Shown: positions 24,985 to 37,455 of the stretch, in pieces
How positions within the stretch are numbered: the stretch's first letter is position 1
How the letters are laid out: every line of letters starts with the position of its first letter
Assembly (NCBI GenBank): GCA_963514005.1
Contig: OY740808.1
Coordinates: 28,024,001-28,088,000, forward strand
Direction of reading: 5' to 3'
Length of the DNA stretch: 64,000 bases
From: Raja brachyura
Lineage: Eukaryota
Program-made: the position numbers and the translations under genes
The notes under the pieces: model-generated
Seen by the model: only the letters and a program-made list of their open reading frames with translations
Database searches by the model: none
Told to the model about the DNA's origin: nothing

Positions 24985-25730
24985 GGCACAAAGTGCTGGA
25001 ATAACTCAGCGGGTCAGACAGCATCTCTGGAGAAAAGGAATAGGTAACGTTCAGGGTCGGAACCCTTCTTCAGACTGAAAGATAGAGGAGGAGGCCAGGG
25101 GGGAAGACTGGAGGCGAGAAAAGGCCAGAACAAATCAGAGCCCGCAACGGATGACCTCACGAAGGATGGAGTCCATAATGACCCACTGTTGGCTGGGGAA
25201 GATAGGCCAGAGAGATCTAAGGATGCAAACAGTGTAACTAGTGGGGGGGGGGTAAAGAAAAGATGGGGGGGGGGGGGGGGGGGGGAGAGAGGAAGAGATG
25301 AGAGTGGAGGGAATGCAAGAGTTATTTGAAATTAGAAAAATGAACATTCACACCGCTGGGTTGTAAACTGCCCAAGTGAAATATGAGGTGCTGTTTCCCC
25401 AATCTGCGTGTGGCCTTACTCTGATAGTGGAGGAGGCCCATGACAGAAAAGTCTGTATGGGAATGGAAGTTAAAATGTTTGGCAACCGGAAGATCGTGTA
25501 GGCCAAGGTGGACTGAGCATTCCTGAAGGTAGACACAAAATGCTGGAGTAACTCAGCGGGACAGGCAGCAACTCTGGTGAGAAGGAATGGGCGACGTTTC
25601 AGGTCGAGACCCTTCTTCAGACGCGTCACCCATTCTTTCTCTCCAGAGATGCTGCATGTCCCCGCTGAGTTACTCCCGTATTTTGTGTCTACCTTTGATT
25701 TAAACCAGCATCTGCAATTCTTTCCTACAC
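24985..25730 (-). mobile_element. Penelope-like 3' fragment plus adjacent foldback terminal-repeat element (25527-25730)
   Basis: GCTGGAATAACTCAGCGGGTC...CCCTTCTTCAGAC motif and GIY-YIG C-terminal region; palindromic copy with AAACCAGCATCTGCA tail. Confidence 0.75.
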
Positions 25731-26106
25731 ATCCTGAATCTGGTTGTACATGCTTTGAAGCTTTTGTATCGTCTGCTTGTTGGGAAGGGGAAGGAGGGAA
25801 TGACCAAAGTAAAATGGTCCTTGATTATGTTGAGTGTTCTCCCGAGGCAATGTGGTGTAGTTGGGGTTGATTGGGCCTTGGGTGGGTTGGCTAGTTTGTG
25901 AGTTGGACTGTTATATCCACAATTCTCTGTAATTTCTTAGTCGGGCAAATCAAGCCATGTTTCCCGAGTGACAACAAGGCATCCATGTTATACTGCATGG
26001 CAATTCCAATAGGACTCGTTGGTTTTGATGGCTAGTAAACCATGCACCCGACTATGCCAAGTGTAGAATCTGAGAGTAATTTGACAGATTTAGAATATTT
26101 CTGCCA

Positions 26107-26166
26107 AAGTTTGGCATTCAGAATCCATCTACAAGTTTGGCGTTCAGAATCCATCTACAAGTTTGG
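26107..26166. repeat. 26-bp tandem repeat, about 2.3 copies
   Basis: AAGTTTGGC(A/G)TTCAGAATCCATCTAC x2 plus AAGTTTGG. Confidence 0.85.
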
Positions 26167-26625
26167 GACTTGGTTATTGATGATGCACACTCATTATTTG
26201 TGGATATTATTCCATTTATTGGGGCAAGCAGATAATGTAATGCATTTACCACCAAGATCTGTACATTTACTCTTTTGTAATGAAGAAAATATGCGCATCT
26301 TTATTTATCTTGATAACTGTTAATCACTCCAATTTTTTTCTAGAATCAACAGAATAATGGTCATTTGTCCCTTGGACTTTGCCCCTTGAGCTTGTAAATG
26401 AATTGTAATTGCAAGTTGCAACCATGTGGGATCACTTGTACATGCAAGTGTATTTTCAGTATCAGGTAGTGAAGTAGATATTTCTACACAATATTCCAAA
26501 TTGTTTTGTGCATACATTGCTGCTAGTTGAGATCAAAATTGGCAAGGTCAGTTCTGTAAAACTCCTCATTGCACAGATGAGCTATGTGCGGTATTAGTTA
26601 GTTAAACCATCAGTATAATCCTGCA

Positions 26626-28040
26626 GGGTTACACAAAAAGCTGGAGAAACTCAGCGGGTGCAGCAGCATCTAAGGAGCGAAGGAGATAGGCGGCGTTTCG
26701 GGTCGAGACCCTTCTTCAGACTGGTCAGGGATCAGGGAAACAAGAGATATAAACAGTGATGTGGAGAGATAAGGAACAATGAGTGAAAGATATGCAAAAA
26801 AGTATTGGTGATAAAGGAAGCAGGCCATTGTAAGCTGTTTGTGGTGTGAAAATTAGAAGCTAGTGCGACTGGGGGGGGGGGGAGATGGAGAAGGAATGTC
26901 AGGGCCAGAGGGCTGAGGGAGAGGTGGGGGAGGCAGTCTGGGTTAACAGAATTGAGAAAATTCAATGTTTAAGCCCAGAGGATGCAGACTCCCCAAGCGG
27001 AATATGAGGTGCTGTTCCTCCAACTTGTGGTGTTGATCACTCTGGCCGTGGAGGAGGCCCAGGACCGAGAGGTCGGATACGGAGTGGGAGGGGGAGTTGA
27101 AGTTGAAGGGGGAGAGGTCGGATACGGAGTGGGAGGGGGAGCTGAGCCACCGGGAGGTCGGGTTGGTTATTGCGGACCGAGCGGAGGTGTTCGGCGAAAC
27201 GATCGCCCAGCCTACGCTTGGTCTCACCGATGTAGATCAGCTGGCATCTGGAGCAACGGATGCAGTAGATGAGGTTGGAGGAGGTGCAGGTGAACCTCTG
27301 TCGGACTTGGAATGACTGCTTGGGGCCCTGAAAGGATTGGATGGGGGAGGTGAAGGGACAAGTGTGGCATCTCTTGCGGTTGCAAGGGAAAGTGCCCGGG
27401 GAAGGAGTGGAGCGGGAGGGAAGGGAAGAATTGATGAGGGAGTTGCGGAGGGAGCGGTCTTTGCGGAAGGCAGACAGGGGGGGAGATGGGAAGATGTGGC
27501 GAGTGGAGGGGTCACGTTGGAGGTGACGAAACTGGCGGAGGACTATCTGTTGTATGCGCTGGCTGGTGGGGTGAAAGGTGAGGACCAGGGGGACTCGGCC
27601 CTTGTTGTGAGTGGGGGAATGGGGAGAGAGGGCAGTGTTGCGGGGTATGGAGGAGACCCTGGTGCGAGCCTCATCTATAGTGGGGGAGGGGAAACCCCGT
27701 TCTCTGAAGAACGAGGACATTTGCGATGACCTGGTGTGGAACACGTCATCCTAGGAGCAGATGCGGCGTAGACGGAGGAATTGGGAATAGGGGATGGGGT
27801 CCTTACAGGAAGCAGGGTGGGAGGAAGAGTAGTCCAGGTAGCTGTGGGAGTCAGTTGGTTTGTAGTGGATGTCAGTCAGGAGTGTATCACCTGCAATAGA
27901 GATGGTGAGGTCAAGGAATGGTAGGGAAATGTCGGAAATGGTCCAAGTATATTTGAGTGCCGGATGGAAGTTGGTTGTGAAATGGATGAAGTCAGTCAGT
28001 TCTGCGTGGGTGCAGGAGGTGACACCAAAGCAGTCGTCAA
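26626..28040 (-). mobile_element. Young 5'-truncated Penelope-like retroelement (RT C-terminal part, GIY-YIG endonuclease, terminal repeat)
   Basis: YIDDCFG...LPFLDLTI...HYKPTDSHSYLDYSSSHP...YSQFLRLRRICS, one stop at 27751-27753, then CNRKRCHTC...NLIYCIRCSRCQLIYIGETKRRLGDRFAEH; exact 12-bp TSD TATAATCCTGCA at 26614-26625 and 28041-28052. Confidence 0.93.
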
Positions 28041-28339
28041 TATAATCCTGCAACCTGCTAGATAAACAATCTTGATCTTTACTGAGTTCTGACATTCAGT
28101 GGCCTTATCCCTTGCTGTCCATCCAACCTCTTCAAATCAATAGTTCTCTTACAGTGTTGCCCTTTAAACTAGCAAATTCACTATCCTCTTGCGGTCAGCA
28201 AATTGTTGCCTTCTACATATTGAAAGCTTTGCAATTCTACTAAAACCTTCCATCTCTCTCTCCTTTGATATCCCCTTCTTTGGAATGATTTTACCAAAGC
28301 TTATTTTGTCTTGGGATATTTCCTGTATTAAATGGCACA

Positions 28340-30030
28340 ATAGTCAAGAATGTTTTTATTTTCATATGTACTGAAATGGAACAATATTTTTTTATTTGCA
28401 GCAGCGCAACAGATTTGTAAACACAGGAGTCAACAGATAATGTAATAAACAAAAGAGACGTTCATCGCTAAAAAAACAAAACAATATAGTGCAAAAAACA
28501 AAGCACAAAGTCCCCCGTACACCAAAGGTAGTTTAGACACAAAATGCTTGAGTAACTTTGCGGGACAGGCAGCACCCAGAGTTACTCCAGCATTTTGTGT
28601 CTATCTCCAGTTTAAACCAGCATCTGCAGTTCCTTCCTACACGAGTTTGCAGTTTAGTTGGAGTTCATTGTGTTCAATAGCCTGATGGTTGTTGGGAAGA
28701 AGCTGATCCTGAAACTGGATGTTACAGTTTTCAGAACTACTATACCTTCTTCCAGATGGCAGGAGTGAAATGAGAGCATGGCCAGTATAGATCCCTTTGA
28801 TGGTTGGAAGTCAATACCCGTGATGTGTCAGGCAATGTTCACCACTTTTGTAATCCCATTCGTTCCTGGGCGTTTGAGTTGCCAAACCAGGCCATGATGC
28901 AATCAGTCAACATGTACACTACCATACACCTGTAAAAGTTCAAGAGAGCATTTGTCAACATACAGAATCACCTCAATCTTCTAAGGAAGTAGAACTATTG
29001 ATGGGATTTCTTTTATAATTTCATCAATGTGCTGGGTCCAGGACAGATCTTCAGAGATATGCATGCCTCAAAACTTGAAATAGTTTATTCTCTCCATCAC
29101 TGTCCCATTGAAGAGGACAGGTTTGTGGATCCTCAGCCTTTCTTTTCTAAAGTCAACAATCAGATCCATAGTTTTACTGACTTTGAGAGCAAGGTTGCTG
29201 TTCTGGCGCAATCCAATCAGATGATCAATCTCCCCCCTATAGTCTGACTCATTGTCATATGAACCTCGCCAACAAAGGTGGTGTCATCAGCAAAGTTGGA
29301 ACTGTGTCCGGCTACACAGTCAAGGATATAGAGTAGAGCAGGAGACTGGGCACACAGCCTTTTAATCCCGTGCTTATGGTTAGATAGGAGGAGGTGTCAT
29401 TGCCAATTTGTACTGATGTTGTTGATAAAGAAGTTGGGGATCCAATTGCAAATGGTTGAGCAAAGAACCATTTCTCAGCGCTTGATAACAGGTATGGAGG
29501 GTATGATGGTGTTGAACACCGAGCAGTAGTCCATGAACAGTGTTTTTATTGTCCAAGCATCCAGTGCAGAGTGGCGATCCAGCGAGATCGCATCCCCCAA
29601 TGATCTATTGTGACGGTAGGCAAATTGTAGTGGGCCCAGGGTCTTGCTGAGATAGTTGATATGCATCATAATCAACCTCAAAGCACTGCATCACCATGGA
29701 CATTAGTGCCACGGATCCAGTAGTCATTGAAGCATTTCACTTCACTCTTCTAGGACATCGGTATTATTGATGGCCTTTTAAAGCAGGTGGAAACCTCAGA
29801 AATGAGAGGTTGAAGATGTCCACAAAAACTCCCACCAGTTGGTCCTTGCACGCTTTGAAAATTCAATCAGGTAAACCATCAGGTCTAGACACTTTCCGAG
29901 GTTTCACATTCCTGAAGGATCTTCTGACGTCGGACTTGGTGACGGAGATTGCAATACCATCAGTGGCTGTGGGGGCCCGAGAAAGCACATCAGTGTTCTT
30001 CCTATCGAAGCATGCATAGAACTGATCCAC
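28340..30030 (-). mobile_element. Decayed Rex1/Babar LINE, with a Penelope foldback inserted at ~28533-28642
   Basis: LGPLQFAYRHNRS, DYCSVFNTIIPS, FYACFD, PDGLP fragments. Confidence 0.8.
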
Positions 30031-30229
30031 GAGTGCTAATGTAGTCACAGTTTACATATGAGCAGCAAACCTTGCATATTTAAATGTTTGTGTATTTGGT
30101 AGACAAATACAGGCTGAGCTTCCTTTTTTCAATAGTTTCTGATCTTACTGAATCAAGGCCATCATTTAAACAAAATGAATATAGCACATTGTGACTTACT
30201 CTATTGTTATCTTTGCGCCAGCTTCTTGC

Positions 30230-30870
30230 AGCATTTGATAAAGGTCAACCAGTGCACTCACAGCCTCCATCTGTGCAAACATTGGCCTGGGATATTTTCA
30301 GTCAAGCTCCATCTAGATGGCACTTGCCATCTCCCTGACCCTACCCTCATCACTGTAACACTTAGATAATGAGGACAGCTGCGCCATACTTCTAATTATT
30401 GACTATAGCTATGCCTTCAACACCAAAAACCCAATGAAACTTATCTCCAAACTCCTGGAACATAGCGCGATTATGACTGTATGGCCAAATTCTACTCTAA
30501 CCACATTCATAAGTTTACAGATGGCACCAATGTAATGAGCCAGATCTCAAATAATGATGAGTGGAGTACAGAAAGCAGATGGTGGGTTTAGTGACATGGT
30601 GTCAAGACAACAATCTCTCCCTCAATGTCAGCAATGAAGGAGCTAGTTATTGATTGCAGGAAGCCAGGTGGTGGACCTCCGCAGTCAGAATCAACGTTGT
30701 CAAAGTGGAGATGGTTAACAGGTTTAAATTCCTCAGGCTAAATATTGCCAACATTTGGCTTTAACCACATTGAAGCTGTGGCCAGGAAAGCACAACAACA
30801 CCTTCTACTTCCTTAGAAGATTAAAGACATTCTGCTTGTCTTTAATGATTCATACTTCTGCAGATGCACA
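30230..30870 (+). mobile_element. Highly decayed Rex1-like RT fragment
   Basis: GACTATAGCTATGCCTTCAACACC, AAGTTTACAGATGGCACC, TGGTGTCAAGACAACAATCTCTCCCTCAATGTCAG. Confidence 0.65.
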
Positions 30871-33131
30871 GTGGGCCCATGTTTCATCACTATCATTACA
30901 CCTAGTTTCACTCCAATTCATGAACTTTGCACATGATTTTACATAGCTAACAAATCAGAAAGTTGGAACATAACTTAAGCTTTTTTTAAACCAAAAATAT
31001 TTACGATGGTATATATCATCTGATGCTTCATGACAAAGATTTAGTTGAAACAAAAAGCGAGAGATGCTGAAACAAATGGCAAGATTAACAGGATGAATTA
31101 CATCCAACATAATTAATCATATTCCTCCATAGATACCAACAAACTGGTGAAGACTCAACAACCACTACTCCTCTAGTGCAAAGAACAGCATTAGATTGTT
31201 TTTGGAAAACATAGTTTGATTTCAATGGTTACACAGAGAAACTACAGCATTAAACATTAACTATAGGCATAGTTTTGGAAAAATGTTAATTCTCCAAACC
31301 AACTAAATTAATTTCTGTGTACAAATTCTCAATCTTTTGAGGTTGCAACATAGGCGGTTAGAGCTATATTTGCAGTCAGTTTACATTGGCTAAACAAAAA
31401 TGACTATGAGAAAATGATTAAGAATATTTGCATAGATGTAACCTTAGAAATTATATTAAGAACGTTACAAGAATAATACTATCAAGTATCAAAAGTTAAA
31501 TTATCTACCTTAAAATGAAAATATCCTTAGCTTCAATTATGCCACTTGGAGTCAAGAGCGGTTCCAAACATTTCCAGAGTTTTGTACTCAAATATCATTT
31601 GTTTTAATATACCACAAATACCACTGTTGTACATCACCAGCAATTCCATTATCAGAGAGTTTTTTTTAATTAATTAGTTAGCACCCTAAGATGTAGATTT
31701 AGAAAATATAATATTCACCCAGATTTGTGTACTTGTTTTCCCTTTGGAAAATATCAATTCATCTATCACGTCCAGGAATTGTCCCCAAATCTAAGTTTGT
31801 GTTACCTAGAATGGCTTTACCTACAGTTTTGAAGTTACTATACCTTGATTCTGATTTCTGCCTCAAAAGAGGCAACAAAGTCACGTGTTGATTCAAAGAC
31901 AATGTATTCATTCTTTGAGTAAATATTCCCATCTAACTTTCAGGTCATTCTTCAACTAAAAAGTGATAATTCTATTTTAAAGTGCTTACTTATTTATACT
32001 CAGCCATGGATTGCTGTTACTCCAATATGACAAAAGGCATAATAAACAAACTCCATTGTGTTGAAAGGTAGGCAGCAAAGCTCTCCTGGGGATTTATATG
32101 ATATAAACCACGACAGCAAACGTATTCAAGTGGTATCCCAAAATCATGTATTGTGGCATCTTGGACAAAGGGAGTTTTTCTTCTTTATTTCAATTAATAT
32201 TCACCTCTCTCATGAGGGCTTTACAGCCAGTTTTGTCATTACATGTCACATTAGGGGATGGAAATAAACTTGGTTTGTTTTAAACACACAAGAGAGCAGC
32301 TGATGAGACTTAGAAAGCATCAGCTGACACGATTCATGTTTGGCCTGAAAATAATACGATAGTTTTTACTTGACTTCTAAAAGCGGAATATACTATGTGA
32401 CAGCTCTACTGAATAACGGTATCTAGAAATCATACAGATATTAGGCATAGTTCGTGGCTTAAAGATTCGTTATCAGAGATAAAATGACCTGTATATACCT
32501 TTGTATGCCTTGCAGAATATAAAATAGAGCCGCAGATATCTATAGAAGTGGTACTTAAAGCATGGATTTCATTTAACCTGTTTGCGATATTTACTTCACT
32601 GAATTTCCAATTTACACGATTAGGAAAAAAAACATCAACTGCAACGTTTACTAGAAAATGTTTCAATGCCTCCAACTATATAATGGCGAATTGATAGTCC
32701 ATCGTCAAACCGGGAAAATAGACGAAGAGTACCCAAGATAATCCGTGCTAAACACCAACGATGAGTTAAAGACAAACCCAGCCACGTTGGACAGCAGCGA
32801 ACTGCAGCTACATCAGCTGAGCTGCACCAAACCCCTCACGCAACTAATCCCAGGGAAAGTGAGCACAGGACTGGCTGCTCATTCAATAAACTGCGACTGC
32901 TCCAATTCACTTAAAAGCCCCTGTCCAGACCATCACGCATCGCTAAATACTATTCGGGGGCTGACTCTACAATATGGCACGAATGTCGCCAGACCAAAAA
33001 AAAATGTAACCACCAGGCTTCACAAAATAAAAGGAAAACACAGCCCTGGCGGCATGTATTCGGCGCTTCATCCCTGAACGCTGTCAAGATGGAGGGCGGA
33101 CACCCTAAAAGCAAACAACTTGTAAACTAAC

Positions 33132-33345
33132 CTGAGTGACAGAACAGCTACCGGCTTCCTTCCCCCAACACAAACAAAACATAAAGGTGATTTTCTGTCG
33201 GGGGACACGCGAAAGCAAACTCTTCGATGACCCGTGCTGGCTGGGTTTTGTTTGTCCTCTCACCGAAGAATGATCATTATGATTTGTTATTATTTTTCTG
33301 TCCGCGGCGGTGGGATAGCTGCTCAGAACATGGCGGCGGGAGGGG
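33132..33345 (-). other. Putative non-coding exon 1 of the minus-strand gene (MTMR3 by synteny); 5' end approximate
   Basis: Lies at the CpG-island edge; YY1-type GCCGCCATGTT at 33337-33327; CAG|GTTAGT donor at 33132/33131. Confidence 0.55.
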
Positions 33346-33670
33346 AGGGGAACGTCAACCACAGCGGCGACGTCACGAAGAGGCCGTCACCCAGCGGCCG
33401 CGCTCGCGGGGAGGGGGAGGGGGAGGGCGGACCACGTGGTGCGGGCAGACCACGTGGTGCGCGGCGGCGGCGGCGGCAGCTGAGGGCGGGGATTTGTTTT
33501 CAAATGAGGGCCGCGGTCACGTCAGCTCCTTGGCAACGCCCTTTGAACCGGCGGCGCTTGTTGAGCAGTGAGAGGCGAGAGGCCTGGTGACAGCACCCGG
33601 ACATTTGAGTGCTTCCATCAAAGTCGTCAGGGTTTAATTCCCGCTTGGTGCACCTCACAACGCAGCGGTA
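33300..33670. promoter_or_regulatory. CpG-island bidirectional promoter for ASCC2 and the minus-strand gene
   Basis: Dense CpG/GC outside any TE; YY1 motif, CRE-like GACGTCAC (~33369), two ACCACGTGGT palindromes (33431-33440, 33449-33458), GC boxes GAGGGCGG, GTCACGTCA (~33516), (GGC)n run. Confidence 0.85.
33555..33667 (+). other. ASCC2: Putative non-coding exon 1 of ASCC2 (start approximate)
   Basis: The ATG exon has a splice acceptor, so an upstream exon is required; candidate donor GCG|GTATGA at 33667/33668 at the island edge. Confidence 0.45.
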
Positions 33671-35050
33671 TGAATATTGATTTCTGAAGAAACTTCTCAA
33701 TCCGAAACGAGACCCATTTCTATTTCTCTCCAGGGATGCTGCTTGTCCCGCTGAGTTACTCCAGCATTTTGTGTGTATCTATATTGATTTATTTAACTTC
33801 AAGTAACCCTTGTTTTCCCTTTCTCCCATTGAATCATTCTGCATTTCCTTGATCAACATCTGTCGTTGTCATGCCTTACCCTTCCGTATCGCTAGTCTCC
33901 CTCCCCCCTGACTCTCACTCTCGACCCGAAACGTCACCTATTCATTCTCTCCGAGAGATACTGCCTGTCCCGTTGAGTTACTCCAGCATTTTGTGTCAAT
34001 CTTTGATTCTCACTATGTAATTTTATGGATTGTAACGTATACAATTTCCGATTCTTTGTTAAAGCAAATTTATAGCAACGTTTTATTTACTGCAGTTATT
34101 TACGTGACATGGACAGGATAATGCATTCAGTCCAAATCGGATTTTGGACGTCATAGTTGTCTTTCAAGAATCAAAAATGTTTTATTGTCATCTGTGCTGA
34201 AACAGAACGATGAAATATGAGTGTTTGTATTGTATTATCCATTGATTTAGTTCTTTGAGGGTACTTGATGGTACTAGACGTTTAAAAGTTGCTGAGGATG
34301 GGAATACATGACACTGCAGATGCTGGAATATTGAGCAAAAACAGCAAACCAAGCCTTGAAGAAGAATCCCGATCCAAAACATTGTCTATTTCCCTCCCCA
34401 GATGTTACCTGCCCAGCTGTGTTCCCCCACTAGTTTGATTTTTTGCTCAAGTTGCTGCCGATGTTGGGAATTTGAAATACATACTGAGTGATGACAGTGT
34501 GTACTAGGCTAAAGAACTTCAAGGAGAAGAGAAACATACTTGATGTGTTGGTTTAAGGTAGACACAAAATGCTGGAGTAACTCAGCGGGACAGGCAGCAT
34601 CTCTGGAGAGAAGGAATGGGTGACGTTTCGGGTCTCTGATGTTTGCTAACCAGTGGATAAAGAAGTTGGACAAAATGTGTCGAAAGGAACTACAGATGCT
34701 GGTTTATACCAAGGACAGTCGTAAAGTGTAGAAGTAACTCCGCAGGTCAGGCATCATTTCTGGAGAAAAAAGATGGTGACGTTTCAGGTCAGGACCTTTC
34801 TTCAGACCCTGGAATGAATTGGTTCATAGCCTTTGTAATACAAAGTTCAAGGCAAGACTTTGCAATGTTGTTTGCAATGACTGACTACGTTAAATGGTGC
34901 AAGCACATTATACTTTTATGCCTCCTCCTGCCCTTTGTTCAGTGTCTACTATGACTGCTTGAAAACAGTGAAATATTTGTGGGTCTACTTGTGGACTTTT
35001 GGAATTGTCAGCATGCTGATGTATTACAGTGTTTAAAGATTTATTTGATG

Positions 35051-35466
35051 AAGTTGAGGATAATTTATTCTGCATCTGGTATGCTCCATCTCTCACATAA
35101 AGTCAGTCATAGTATGAAGCAGGTCCTTTGGGCCATCTTGTTAATGCCGAGCAAACTGGCATACTGGGCTAGTCCCATTTATATCCCTCTAAACACTTTC
35201 AAATTGTATATCTGTCTAAATGTTTCTAAAAGTCATAATTGTATCCAAGTCCATAGCTTCTTGTGGCTGCTTCTGGAAGAAACCCAGTGTCTTCTGGCTG
35301 CTTATATCGAGATATGAACTACTTTTATATAAGCCTAATGCACACAAATATCCAGTATACCAGTTTGGTCGGCATGGACAAGATGGCCCAAAGGGCCTGC
35401 TTCATACTATGACTGACTATGTGAAACATGGACCATACCAGATGCAGAATAAAATATCCTCAACTT
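35051..35466. repeat. Local inverted duplication: arms at 35051-35167 and 35352-35466
   Basis: Roughly 90% complementary by eye; the ORF track shows GAYQMQNKLSST (-) and GPYQMQNKISST (+). Confidence 0.85.
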
Positions 35467-35619
35467 TACAGTTGTGAAATAAATGGCTCAATTTTACATA
35501 TCTGTACAATCTCTCCCCGTATGTCCTGTGGTTTAGGATCCTCTACCTTGGAAAAAGACTGTGCGTGTTTATCCCTGCCCATCATGATCTTGTGCACCTC
35601 AATAATGTCACTCCTCAGA

Positions 35620-37245
35620 GCCTCTGCAGATCAGCCGGCAAAATATTCACAGACATCTTTAACCTCTTATTCCTCCATTCTGAGGACCCCACCTGCTTTA
35701 AAAAGACCACTATCATCCCAATGTCAAAAAGCAAGAGAGCGTGCCTTACTGACTATTATCATGTGGCTCTGAAGTGTTTTGAGAGACTGTTGATGGCACA
35801 CATTAATTCCAGTCTTCCACACACCCTTGATCCATGGCAGATTGCCCATTGTCGCAACAGGTCCACACCAAATGCCATCTGGCTGGCCCTAAACTCATCT
35901 ATGGAACACTTCAGCAAAAACGACTCGTACACCAGACTCCTATTTATAGTTATAGTTATCCTATTTATCGACTATAGATCTGCCTTCAACACCATAATCC
36001 CATCCAAACGCATCACCATATTCCTGGACCGAGGAGTCAGCACCACTTTTTTCACTGGATCCTCAATTTTCTCAACTACAGACTACAATCTGTAGATAGA
36101 TGACAATAAATTAAAAAAAAACAGTGCCTGGCAAGGATGTGTTCTTAGTCCTTCACTATACTCCCTATACACTTATGACCGTGCAGCCAAATTTGGCTCT
36201 AACTATATCCACATGTTGGCAGATGTCCTCACTGTGGTGAGTCGGATCACGAACAGTGACAAGATGGAGCACAGGAAGGAGATAGAAAACTTAGTAGCAT
36301 AATGTCAGGACGACAACTTCTCCCTCAATGTCAGCAAGACATGGGTTATCGATTTCAGGAAACATGATGGAGCACATGCCCCAATCAGCATCAATGGTGC
36401 TGATGTGGAAATGGTTCAGAGCTTTGAGTTCCGTTGCATAAATATTACCAACGATCTAGCGAAGTCCAACCACATTTAAGCAATAGTCAAGAAGGCACAC
36501 CAACGCCTCTACTTACGCAAGAGACTGAAGAATTTTGGCATGTCTCCAATGACTCTTACAAACATGTATAGATGTGCCACAGAAAGTATATTTAGAATCA
36601 TAGTCATAGAGTTATACAGTGTCGTAACAGGTCCTTTGGCCCAAGTTGCTCACTCCGGCCAACATGTCCCAGCTACATTAGTTCCACCTGCCTGCGATAG
36701 GTCCATATCCCTCCAAACCTGTTCTATCCATGTACCTGTCTAACTGTTTCTTAAATGTCGGGATAGTCCCTGCCTCCACTTCCTCCTTGGGTAGCTTGAT
36801 CCATACACCTACCACCCTTTGTGTGAAAAGGTTACCTGATCACAGCTTGGTTTGGGATCAGCTCTGCCCAAGACAACAAGAAATTGGAGAAAGTTGTGAA
36901 TGTAGCCCAGTCCATTGTACGCACCAAACTCCCCGCCTTTGACTTCTAGACTTCATGTTGCCTTGGGAAAACAGCCCATGTAATCAAGGATCTTACCCAT
37001 CCCAGTTATTCCTCGTTCTCCCTGCTGCCCTCAGGTAAAAGGTACAAAAGCTGCAAAACATGCACCATCAGACTCGAGAACAGCTTCTTCCTCTGTTATC
37101 AGACTTCTGAACATTCCTTCCATAAGCTAAGGTACAGTCCGATTCCCTTCTACCCTATTGCACACATTGGAATTTCTGTCCTCTAGCTTTCCTTTTGCAC
37201 TACCTATGGTTTGGCTTGGTTGTATGTATGCACAGTATTATCTGT
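35620..37245 (+). mobile_element. Decayed Rex1/Babar LINE, with a CR1 tail fragment nested at ~36590-36838
   Basis: FTDIFNL...PTCFKKTTIIP...KCFERLLMAHINSSLP.LDP.Q...[14 protein letters not shown]; CAAGGATGTGTTCTTAGTCC. Confidence 0.85.
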
Positions 37246-37257
37246 TTTAATTGGATA

Positions 37258-37455
37258 GCGGAGTTTGTACATTCTCCCCGTGGTCTGGCAGCTCCGGTTT
37301 CCTCCCACACTCCAAAGACATACAGGTTTGTAGGTTAATTGGCTTGGGTACATTTGTAAATTGTCTCTCGTGTGTGTAGGATAATGTTAATGTGCGGGGC
37401 AGACTCGGTGGGCCGAAGGGCTGTTTCAACGCTGTATCTCTAAGCTAAACTAAAG
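37258..37455 (+). mobile_element. 5'-truncated V-SINE
   Basis: GGAGTTTGTACATTCTCCCCG...CTCCGGTTTCCTCCCACACTCCAAAGAC...GCTGTATCTCTAAG tail. Confidence 0.8.

Noticed and set aside
26107-26166. Direct repeats resembling a CRISPR array (also the ~19-bp duplication at ~20071-20112)
   Set aside because: No spacers, only two units, eukaryotic context; simple slippage duplications
26695-26722. Minus-strand hammerhead-like core of the young Penelope copy as an active ribozyme
   Set aside because: Reads GAAACGCC instead of GAAACGTC, so the essential U before the cleavage site is lost
27037-28095. RT plus GIY-YIG nuclease as a novel defence/retron-like system or domesticated gene
   Set aside because: Standard Penelope-like architecture, 5'-truncated, with a stop, a frameshift and a TSD
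33105-33700. Overlapping 66-118 aa ORFs in the CpG island
   Set aside because: GC-rich, stop-poor promoter sequence; low-complexity Gly/Arg/Ala translations with no recognisable domain
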